NCBI RefSeq assembly: GCF_009914755.1
Contig: NC_060928.1
Source of the DNA: the human T2T-CHM13v2.0 reference genome, Homo sapiens
Strand: one strand, 5' to 3'
Length of the DNA: 64,000 bases
Positions 32,356 through 45,500 of the stretch are shown in pieces (the stretch's first letter is position 1; each line of letters starts with the position of its first letter). The translations under genes were made by a program, and so were the position numbers. The notes below the pieces were generated by a model. The model worked only from the letters and a program-made list of their open reading frames with translations. It had not been told where the DNA came from and did no database searches.

Positions 32356-35300
32356 TGCGTACTTTGATATTTTATGTCCAGTATAGAATATATAGTTTTG
32401 GTAGTTTGATATTTTATGTACAGTATATAGTTTGAGTACTTTGATATTTAATGTTCAGTTTATTATAAATGTTTGGGTGCTTTCATATTTTATATACAGT
32501 ATATAATACATACTTTGGGCACTTTGATATTTTCTGTACAGTATATAATACATACTTTGGGTACTTTGATATTTTATGTACGGTATATAATACATACATT
32601 GGGTACTTTGATATTTTATGTACAGTATATAATATATAGTTTGGTTACTTTGATATTTTATATACAGTATATAATATATATTATGTGTACTTTGATATAT
32701 TATGTACAGTATATAATATATAGTATGGGTTGTTTGATATTTTATGTACAGTATATAATATATAGTTTGGGTAGTTTGATATTTTTAGTACAGTATGTAA
32801 TATATAGTTTGTTTTATTTGATATTTTATGTACAGTATACAATAGATAGTATTGGTACTTTGATATTTCATGTAAAGTATATAGTTTGAGTACTTTGATA
32901 TTTTATATGCAGTTTATTATAAATGTTTGGGTACCTTCATATTTTATGTACAGTATATAATACATACTTTGGGAACTTTTATTTTATGTGCAGTATATAA
33001 TACATACTTTGGGTACTTTGATATTTCATGTACAGTATATAATACACACTTTGGGTACTTTGATATTTTATGTACAGTATATAATACACACTTTGGGTAC
33101 TTTGATATTTTATGTACAGTATATAATACATACTTTGGGTACTTTGATGTATTATGTACAGTATATAATACATACTTTGGGTACTTTGATATTTTATGTA
33201 CAGTATGTAATACACACTTTGGGTAGTTTGATATTTTATGTACAGTATGTAAAACATACTTTGGGTAGTTTGATATATTATATACAGTATATAATACATA
33301 CTTTGGGTACTCTGATATTTTATGTACAGTGTATAATACATACTTTGGGAACTTTGATATTTTATGTACAGTATATAATACATACATTGGGTACTTTGAT
33401 ATATTATGTACAGTATATAATACTTACTTGGGGTATCTTGATATTTTATGTACAGTATATAATGCATACTTTGGGTACTTTGATATTTTATGTACAGTAT
33501 ATAATGCATACTTTGAGTACTTTGATATTTTATGTACAGTATGTAATACATACTTTGGGTACTTTGATATTTTATGTATAGTATACAATACATACTTTGT
33601 GTAGTTTGATATTTTATGTACAGTATACAATATATAGTTTGAGTACTTTGATATTTTATGTCCAGTATAAAATATATAGTTTTCCTAATTTATATTTTAT
33701 GTACAGAATATAGTTTGAGTACTTTGATATTTTATGTACACTTTATTATAAATGTTTGGGTACTTTCATATTTTATGTACAGTATATAATACATACTTTG
33801 GTCTCTTTGATGTTTTATCTATAGTATATAATACATACTTTGGGTTCTTTGATATTTTATGTGCAGAATATGATGCATAGTTTTAGGTAATTTTATATTT
33901 TATGTACAGTATATAATACATACTTTGGGTACTTTGATATTTTATGTACAGTATATAATACATACTTTGGGTACTTTGATATTTTATGTACAGTATATAA
34001 TACATATTATTGGTACTTTGATATTTTATGTACAGTATACAATATATAGTTTGAGTACTTTGATATTTTATGTCCAGTATAAAATACATAGATTTCATAC
34101 TTTGATATTTTATGTACAGAATATAGTTTGAGTACTTTGATATTTTATGTACACTTTATCATAAAAGTTTGGGTACTTTCATATTTTACGTACAGTATAT
34201 AATACATACTTTGGGCACTTTGATGTTTTATGTACAGTATATAATTCATACTTTGGGTACTTTGATATTTTATGTACAGTATATAATACATACGTTGGGT
34301 ACTTCGATATTTTATGTGCAGTACCCTATATATAGTTTGGGTACTTTGATATTTTATGTCCAGTATAAAATAAATAGTTGTGGTACTTTGATATTTTATG
34401 TACAGTATATAGTTTGAGTACTTTGATATTTAATGTTCAGTTTATTATAAATGTTTGGGTGCTTTCATATTTTATATACAGTATATAATACATACTTTGG
34501 GCACTTTGATATTTTCTGTACAGTATATAATACATACTTTGGGTATTTTGATATTTTATGTACGGTATATAATACATACATTGGGTACTTTGATATTTTA
34601 TGTAAAGTATATAATATACAGTTTGGTTACTTTGATATTTTATATACAGTATATAATATATATTATGTGTACTTTGATATATTATGTACAGTATATAACA
34701 TATAGTATGGGTTGTTTGATATTTTATGTACAGTATATAATATATAGTTTGGGTAGTTTGATATTTTTAGTACAGTATGTAATATATAGTTTGTTTTATT
34801 TGATATTTTATGTACAGTATACAATAGATAGTATTGGTACTTTGATATTTCATGTAAAGTATATAGTTTGAGTACTTTGATATTTTATATGCAGTTTATT
34901 ATAAATGTTTGGGTACCTTCATATTTTATGTACAGTATATAATACATACTTTGGGAACTTTTATTTTATGTGCAGTATATAATACATACTTTGGGTACTT
35001 TGATATTTCATGTACAGTATATAATACACACTTTGGGTACTTTGATATTTTATGTACAGTATATAATACACACTTTGGGTACTTTGATATTTTATGTACA
35101 GTATATAATACATACTTTGGGTACTTTGATGTATTATGTACAGTATATAATACATACTTTGGGTACTTTGATATTTTATGTACAGTATATAATACATACT
35201 TTGGGTACTTTGATATTTTATGTACAGTATGTAATACATAATTTGGGTACTTTAATATTTTATGTATAGTATATAATACTTACTTTGGGTACTTTCATAT

Positions 35301-38138
35301 TTTATGGACAGTGTATAATACATACTTTGGGTTCTTTGATATTTTATGTACAGTATATAATATATAGTTTGGGTACTTTGATATTTTATATACAGTATAT
35401 AATACATACTTTGGGTACTTTGATATTTTATGTACAGTATATAATACATACTTTGGGTACTTGGATATTTCATGCACAGTATACAATATATAGTTTGAGT
35501 ACTTTGATATTTTATGTACTGTATAAAATATATAGTTTTCGTACTTTGATATTTTATGTACAGTATATAGTTTGAGTACTTTGATATTTTATGTACAGTT
35601 TGTTATAAATGTTTGGGTGCTTTCATATTTTATGTACAGTATATAATACATACTTTGGGCACTTTGATATCTTATGTACAGTATATAATACATACTTTGG
35701 GTTCTCTGATATTTTCTGTACAGTGTATAATACATAATTTGGGTACTTTGATATTTTATGTACAGCATATAATACATACGTTGGGTACTTTGATATATTA
35801 TGTACAGTATATAATACATACTTTGGGTACTTTGATATTTTATGTACAGTATATAATCCATAGTTTGTGTACTTTTATATTTTATGTACAGTATATAATA
35901 CATACTTTGGGTACTTTGATATTATATGTACAGTATATAATACATACTTTGGGTACTTTCATGTTTTATGTACAGTATATAATATATAGTTTGGGTACTT
36001 TGATATTTTATCTACAGCTTATAATACTTACTTTGGGTAATTTGATATTTTATGTACAGTATATAATACATACTTTGGGTAGTTTGATATTTTATGTACA
36101 GTATACAATATATACTTTGACTACTTTGATATTTTATGTCCAGTATAGAATATATAGTTTTGGTAGTTTGATATTTTATGTACAGTATATAGTTTGAGTA
36201 CATTGATATTTTATGTACACTTTATTATAAAGGTTTGGATACTTTCATATTTTATGTACAGTATATAATACATACTTTGGGCACTTTGATATTTTATGTA
36301 CAGTATACAATACATACTTTGGGTACTTTGATATTTTATGTACAGTATATAATACATAATTTGGGTACTTTGATATTTTATTTACAGTATATAATGCATA
36401 CTTTGGGTACTTTGATGTTTTATGTACAGTATATAATACATACTTAGGGTACTTTGACATTTTATGTGCAGTACATAATACATACTTTGGATACTTTGTT
36501 ATTTTAAATACAGTATGTAATACATATTTTGGGTACTTTGATATTTTATGTACAGTATATAATACATACTTTGGTACTTTTATATTTCATGTACAGTATA
36601 TAATATATAGTTTGGGTACTTTGATATTTTATGTACAGTATATAATACATAGTTTGGGTATTTTGATATTTTATGTACAGTATATAATACATACTTTGGG
36701 TTCTTTGATATTTTATGTACAGTATATAACATATATTTTGGGTACTTTGATATTTTATATACAGTATATAATACATACTTTGGGTACTTTGATATTTTAT
36801 GTACAGTATATAATACATACTTTGGGTACTTTGATATTTCATGCACAGTATACAATATATAGTTTGAGTACTTTGATATTTTATGTACTGTATAAAATAT
36901 ATAGTTTTCGTACTTTGATATTTTATGTACAGTATATAGTTTGAGTACTTTGATATTTTATGTACAGTTTGTTATAAATGTTTGGGTGCTTTCATATTTT
37001 ATGTACAGTATATAATACATACTTTGGGCACTTTGATATCTTATGTACAGTATATAATACATACTTTGGGTTCTCTGATATTTTCTGTACAGTGTATAAT
37101 ACATAATTTGGGTTCTTTGATGTTTTATGTACAGCATATAATACATACGTTGGGTACTTTGATATATTATGTACAGTATATAATACATACTTTGGGTACT
37201 TTGATATTTTATGTACACTATATAATCCATAGTTTGTGTACTTTTATATTTTATGTACAGTATATAATACATACTTTGGGTACTTTGATATTTTATGTAC
37301 AGTATATAATACATACTTTGGGTACTTTCATGTTTTATGTACAGTATATAATATATAGTTTGGGTACTTTGATATTTTATCTACAGCTTATAATACTTAC
37401 TTTGGGTAATTTGATATTTTATGTACAGTATATAATACATACTTTGGGTAGTTTGATATTTTATGTACAGTATACAATATATAGTTTGACTACTTTGATA
37501 TTTTATGTGCAGTATAAAATATACAGTGTTGGTACTTTGATGTTTTATGTACAGTATATATTTTGAGTACTTTGATAATTTGTGTACAGTTTATTATAAA
37601 TGTTTGGGTACTTTCATATTTGATGTACAGTATATAATACATAATTTGGGCACTTTGATATTTTATGTACAGTATATAATACATACTTTGGGTACTTTTA
37701 TATTTTATGTACAGTATATAATACATACTCTGGGCACTTTGATATTTAATGTACAGTATATAATACACACTTTGCGTACTTTGATATTTTATGTAACGTA
37801 TGTAATACATACTTTGGGTAGTTTGATATTTTATGTACAGTATGTAGTACACACTTTGGGTACTTTGATATTTTATGTACAGTATGTAAAACATACTTTG
37901 GGTAGTTTGATATTTTATGATCAGTATATAATACACATTTTGGGTAACTTGATATTTTATGTACAGTATATAATACATACTTTGGGTACTTTGATATTTT
38001 ATGTACAGTATATAATGCATACTTTAGGTACTTTGATAGTTTATGTACAGTATATAATACATAGTTTGGGTACTTTGATATTTTATCTACATTGTATAAT
38101 ATATACTTTGGGTACTTTGATATATTATGTACAGTATG

Positions 38139-39230
38139 TAATACATACTTTGGGTACTTTGATATTTTATGTACAGTATATAATACATACTTTGGGTACT
38201 TTGATATTTTATGTACAGTATATAATACATACTTTCGGTACTTTGATATTTTATGTACAGTATATAATATATAGTTTGGGTACTTTGATATTTTATGTAC
38301 AGTATATAATATATAGTTTGGGTACTTTGATATTTTATGTACAGTATATAATACATACTTTGGGTACTTTGATATTTTATGTACAGTATATAATACATAC
38401 TTTGGGTACTTTGATATTTTATGTACAGTATATAATATATAGTTTGGGTACTTTGATAATTTATGTACAGTGTATAACACATACTTTGGGTACTTTGATA
38501 TTTTATGTACAGTATATAATACATACTTTGGGTACTTTGATATTTTATATACAGTATATAATACATACTTTGGGTACTTTCATATTTCATGTACTGTTTA
38601 TAATATATAGTTTGGGTACTTTGGTATATTATGTACTGTATATAATACATACTTTGGGTACTTTGATATTTTATGTACAGTATATAATACATACTTTGGG
38701 TACTTTGATATTTTATGTACAGTATATAATACATACTTTCGGTACTTTGATATTTTATGTACAGTATATAATATATAGTTTGGGTACTTTGATATTTTAT
38801 GTACAGTATATAATATATAGTTTGGGTACTTTGATATTTTATGTACAGTATATAATACATACTTTGGGTACTTTGATATTTTATGTACAGTATATAATAC
38901 ATACTTTGGGTACTTTGATATTTTATGTACAGTATATAATATATAGTTTGGGTACTTTGATAATTTATGTACAGTGTATAACACATACTTTGGGTACTTT
39001 GATATTTTATGTACAGTATATAATACATACTTTGGGTACTTTGATATTTTATATACAGTATATAATACATACTTTGGGTACTTTCATATTTCATGTACTG
39101 TTTATAATATATAGTTTGGGTACTTTGGTATATTATGTACTGTATATAATACATACTTTGGGTACTTTGATATTTTATGTACAGTATATAATACATACTT
39201 TGGGTACTTTGATATTTTATGTACAGTATA
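38139..39230 (+). repeat. Local tandem duplication within HSat1A, period 504 bp (12 x 42), about 2.2 copies
   Basis: Private variants recur exactly 504 bp apart: TTTCGGTAC (C at 38236 and 38740) and CATATTTCATGTACTGTTTA (38581 and 39085). I noticed no differences between the copies by eye. Confidence 0.88.
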
Positions 39231-40741
39231 CAATATATACTTTGACTACTTTGATATTTTATGTCCAGTATAGAATATATAGTTTTGGTAGTTTGATATT
39301 TTATGTACAGTATATAGTTTGAGTACATTGATATTTTATGTACACTTTATTATAAATGTTTGGATACTTTCATATTTTATGTACAGTATATAATACATAC
39401 TTTGGGCACTTTGATATTTTATGTACAGTATACAATACATACTTTGGGTTCTTTGATATTTTATGTACAGTATATAATACATAATTTGGGTACTTTGATA
39501 TTTTATTTACAGTATATAATGCATACTTTGGGTACTTTGATGTTTTATGTACAGTATATAATACATACTTAGGGTACTTTGACATTTTATGTGCAGTACA
39601 TAATACATACTTTGGATACTTTGCTATTTTAAATACAGTATGTAATACATATTTTGGGTACTTTGATATTTTATGTACAGTATATAATACATACTTTGGT
39701 ACTTTTATATTTCATGTACAGTATATAATATATAGTTTGGGTACTTTGATATTTTATGTACAGTATATAATACATAGTTTGGGTATTTTGATATTTTATG
39801 TACAGTATATAATACATACTTTGGGTACTTTGATATTTTATGTACAGTATATAATATATAGTTTGGGTACTTTGATAATTTATGTGCAGTATATAACACA
39901 TACTTTCGGTAGTTGGATATTTTATGTACAGTATATAATACATACTTTGGGTACTTCGATATTTGATGTACAGTATACTATATATAGTTTGGGTACTTTG
40001 ATATTTTATGTCGGGTACAAAATAAATAGTTTTGGTACTTAGATATTTTATGTACAGTATATAGTTTGAGTACTTTGATATTTTATGTACAGTTTATTAT
40101 TAATGGGTGCTTTGATATTTTATGTACAGTATATAATACATACTATGGGCACTTTGATATTTTATGTACAGTATATAATACATACTTTGGGTACTTTGAT
40201 ATTTTATATACACTACGTAATACATACTTTGGGTACTTTGATATTTTATGTACAGTACATAATATATAGTTTGGGTACTTTGATATTGTATGTGCAGTAT
40301 ATAACACATACTTTCGGTACTTGGATATTTTATGTAGAGTATATAATACATAATTTGGGTACTTCCATATTTTATGTACAGTATGCTATATATACTTTGG
40401 GTACTTTGATATTTTATGTCCAGTATAAAATAAAAAGTTTTGGTAATTCGATATTTTATGTACAGTGTATCGTTTGAGTACTTTGATATTTAATGTACAG
40501 TTTATTATAAATGTTCGGGTGCTTTCATATTTTATGTACAGTATATAATACATACTTTGAGCACTTTGATATTTTATGTACAGTATATAATACATACTTT
40601 GGGTAATTTGATATTTTATGTACAGTATATAATACATACATTGGGTACTTTGATATTTTATGTACAGTATATAATATATAGTTAGGGTACTTTGATATTT
40701 TATATACAGTATATAATATATATTATGTGTACTTTGATATA

Positions 40742-42501
40742 TTATGTACAGTATATAATATATAGTTTGGGTAATTTGATATTTTATGTACAGTATACAA
40801 TATATAGTATTGGTACTTTGATATTTCATGTAAAGTATATAGTTTGAGTACTTTGATATTTTATATACAGTTTATTTTAAATGTTTGGGTACCTTCCTAT
40901 TTTATGTAGAGTATATAATACATACTTTGGGAACTTTTATTTTATGTGCAGTATATAATACATGCTTTGGGTACTTTGATATTTTATGTACAGTATATAA
41001 TACATACTATTGGTACTTTGATATTTTATGTACAGTATACAATATATAGTTTGAGTACTTTGATATTTTATGTCCAGTATAAAATATGTAGATTTCATAC
41101 TTTGATATTTTATGTACTGAATGTAGTTTGAGTACTTTGATATTTTATGTACACTTTATTATAAAAGTTTGGGTACTTTCATATTTTACGTACAGTATAT
41201 AATACATACTTTGGGCACTTTGATGTTTTATGTACAGTATATAATACATACTTTGGGTTCTTTGATATTTTATGTACAGCATATAATACATAATTTGGGG
41301 ACTTTTATATTTTATGTACATTATATTATACATACTTTGGGAACTTTTATATTTTATGTACGGTATATAATACACACTTTGGGTACTTTGATATATTATG
41401 TACAGTATATAATACATACTTTGGGTACTTTGATATATTATGTACAGTATATAATACATACTAAGGGTACTTTGACATTTTATGTACAGTACATAATACA
41501 TACTTTGGGTACTTTGATATTTTATGTACAGTATATAATGCATACTTTGGATACTTTGATATTTTATGTACAGTATATAATACATACTTTGGGTACTTTT
41601 ATATTTTATGTACAGTATATAATATATAGTTTGGGTAATTTGATATTTTATGTACAGTATACAATATATAGTATTGGTACTTTGATATTTCATGTAAAGT
41701 ATATAGTTTGAGTACTTTGATATTTTATATACAGTTTATTTTAAATGTTTGGGTACCTTCCTATTTTATGTAGAGTATATAATACATACTTTGGGAACTT
41801 TTATTTTATGTGCAGTATATAATACATGCTTTGGGTACTTTGATATTTTATGTACAGTATATAATACATACTATTGGTACTTTGATATTTTATGTACAGT
41901 ATACAATATATAGTTTGAGTACTTTGATACTTTATGTCCAGTATAAAATATGTAGATTTCATACTTTGATATTTTATGTACTGAATGTAGTTTGAGTACT
42001 TTGATATTTTATGTACACTGTATTATAAAAGTTTGGGTACTTTCATATTTTACGTACAGTATATAATACATACTTTGGGCACTTTGATGTTTTATGTACA
42101 GTATATAATACATACTTTGGGTTCTTTGATATTTTATGTACAGCATATAATACATAATTTGGGGACTTTTATATTTTATGTACATTATATTATACATACT
42201 TTGGGAACTTTTATATTTTATGTACGGTATATAATACACACTTTGGGTACTTTGATATATTATGTACAGTATATAATACATACTTTGGGTACTTTGATAT
42301 ATTATGTACAGTATATAATACATACTAAGGGTACTTTGACATTTTATGTACAGTACATAATACATACTTTGGGTACTTTGATATTTTATGTACAGTATAT
42401 AATGCATACTTTGGATACTTTGATATTTTATGTACAGTATATACTACATACTTTGGGTACTTTTATATTTTATGTACAGTATATAATATATAGTTTGGGT
42501 A
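40742..42501 (+). repeat. Local tandem duplication within HSat1A, period 864 bp (284- and 580-bp blocks)
   Basis: TTTATTTTAAATG...ACCTTCCTAT, ATATGTAGATTTCAT and CTGAATGTAG recur 864 bp apart (ORF pairs 40946/41810 and 41169/42033). I saw about 3 substitutions (41930, 42020, about 42444). Confidence 0.88.
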
Positions 42502-45500
42502 CTTTGATATTTTATGTACGGTATATAATACATACTTTGGGTACTTTGATATTTTATGTACAGTATATAATACATACTTTGGGTACTTTGATATTTTATG
42601 TACAGTATATAATACATACTTTGGGTACTTTGATATTTTATGTGCAGTATATAATACATACTTTGGGTACTTTGATATTTTATGTACAGTATACAATATA
42701 TAGTTTGAGTACATTGATATTTTATGTACTGTATAAAATATATACTTTTGGTACTTTGATATTTTATGTACAGTATATAGTTTGAGTACTTTGATATTTT
42801 ATGTACAGTTTGTTATAAATATTTGGGTGCTTTCATATTTTATGTACTGTATATAATACGTGCTTTGGGCACTTTGATATTTTATGTACAGTATAAAATA
42901 CATACTTTGGGTACTCTGATATTTTATGTACAGTATAACACATGCTTTGGGTACTTTGATATTTTATGTACAGTATATAATACATACATTGGGTACTTTG
43001 ATATATTATGTACAGTATATAATACTTACTTGGGGTACTTTGATATTTTATGTACAGTATAGAATACATAGTTTGTGTACTTTGATATTTTATGTACAGT
43101 ATATAATACATACTTTGGGTACTTTGATATTTTATGTACAGTATATAATACATACTTTGGGTATCTTGATATTTTATGTACAGTATATAATGCATACTTT
43201 GGGTACTTTGATATTTTATGTACAGTATATAATGCATAGTTTGGGTACTTTGATATTTTATGTACAGTATGTAATACATACTTTGGGTACTTTGATATTT
43301 TATGTATGGTATATAAAACATACTTTGTGTAGTTTGATATTTTATGTACAGTATACAATATATAGTTTGAGTACTTTGATATTTTATGTCCAGTATAAAA
43401 TATATAGTTTTCGTAATTGATATTTTATGTATAGAATATAGTTTGAGTACTTTGATATTTTATGTACACCTTATTATAAATGTTTGGGTACTTTCATATT
43501 TTATGTACAGTATATAATACATACTTTGGTCTCTTTGATGTTTTATGTACAGTATATAATACATACTTTGGGTAGTTTGACATTTTATGTACAGTACTTA
43601 ATACATACTTTGGGTACTTTTATATTTTATGTACAGTATATAATACATACTTTGGGTACTTTGATATTTTATGTACAGTATATAATACATACTTTGGGTA
43701 CTTTGATATTTTATGTACAGTATATAATACATATTTTGTTTACTTTTATATTTTATGTACAGTATATAATATATAGTTTGAGTCCTTTTTTTTATGTACT
43801 GTATAAAATATATAGTTTTGGTACTTTGATATTTTATGTACAGTATATAGTTTGAATACTTTGATATTTTATGTTCAGTTTTTTATAAATGTTTGGTTGC
43901 TTTCATATTTTATGTACAGTATATAATACATACAAAGGGCACTTTCATATTTTATGTACAGTATATAATACATACTTTGGGTACTCTGATATTTTATGTA
44001 CAGTGTATAATACATACTTTGGGTACTTTGATATTTTATGTACAATATATAATACATACGTTGGGAACTTTGATATATTACATACAGTATATAATACATA
44101 CTTTGGGTACTTTGATATTGTATGTACAGTATATAATACATACTTTGGGTACTTTCATATTTTATTTACAGTATATAATATATAGTTTGGGTGCTTTCAT
44201 ATTTTATGTACAATATGTAATACATACTAAGGGAAATTTGATATTTTATGTACAGTGTATAATACATACTTTGGGTAATTTGATATTTTATGTACGTCAT
44301 ATAATATATTGTTTGGGTACTTTGATATTTTATGTACAGTATATAATACATACCTTGGGTACTTTGATATTTTATGTACAGTATATAATATATAGTTTGG
44401 GTATTTTGATATTTTATGTACAGTATATAATACATACTTTGGGTACTTTGATATGTTATGTACAGTAAATAATACATACTTTGGCAACTTTGATATTTTA
44501 TGTACAGTATGTAAAACATATTTTTGGTACTTTGATATTTTATGTACAGTATATAATACATACTATTGGTACTTTGATATTTTATGTACAGTATACAATA
44601 TATAGTTTGAGTACTTTGATATTTTGTGTCAAGTACAAAATATATAGATTTCGTACTTTGATATTTTATGTACAGAATATAGTTTGAGTACTTTGATACT
44701 TTATGTACACTTTATTTTAAAAGTTTGGGTACTTTCATATTTTACGTACAGTATATAATACATACTTTGGGCACTTTGATGTTTTATGTACAGTATATAA
44801 TACATACTTTGGGTTCTTTTATATTTTATGTACAGCATATAATACATAATTTGGGGACTTTTATATTTTATGTACATTATATAATACATACTTTGGGTAC
44901 TTTTATATTTTATGTACGGTATATAATACATACTTTGGGTACTTTGATATATTATGTACAGTATATAATACATACTTTGGGTACTTTGATATATTATGTA
45001 CAGTATATAATACATACTTAGGGTACTTTGACATATTATATACAGTATATAATGCATACTTTGGGTACTTTGATATTTTATGAGCAGTATATAATACATA
45101 CTTTGGGTACTTTGATATATTATGTACTGTATATAATACATACTTTGGGTACTTTTAAATTTTATGTACAGTATATAATATATAGTTTGGGTACTTTTAT
45201 ATTTTATGTACTGTATATAATACATATTTTGGGTACTTTTATATTTTATGTACAGTATATAATACATACTTTGGGTACTTTGATATTGTATGTACAGTAT
45301 ACAATATATAGTTTCAGTACTTTGATATTTTATGTTCTGTATAATATATATAGTTTTGGTACTTTGATATTTTATGTACAGTATATAGTTTGAGTACTTT
45401 GATATTTTATGTACAGTTTTTTATAAATATTTGGGTGCTTTCATATTTTATGTACAGTATATAATACATAACTTGGGTACTTCCATATTTTATGTACAGT

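Noticed and set aside
31105-36982. Near-equal repeat offsets of 1368 and 1369 bp suggesting a fixed 1.37-kb HOR
   Set aside because: They are sums of different block lengths (454+914 versus 622+747). Offsets are quantised by 42n+76, so the match is probably coincidental.
37547-39322. 591-aa ORF and the many other long ORFs of (HTLGTLIFYVQYII)n, (YQSTQSMYYILYIK)n, (TYFGYFDILCTVYN)n and (ISKYPKYVLYTVHK)n type across 1-48289
   Set aside because: The unit length 42 is divisible by 3 and the consensus is stop-free in four of six frames, so ORFs arise automatically and end at the delimiter cassettes. They overlap on both strands, often use non-ATG starts and show no gene context.
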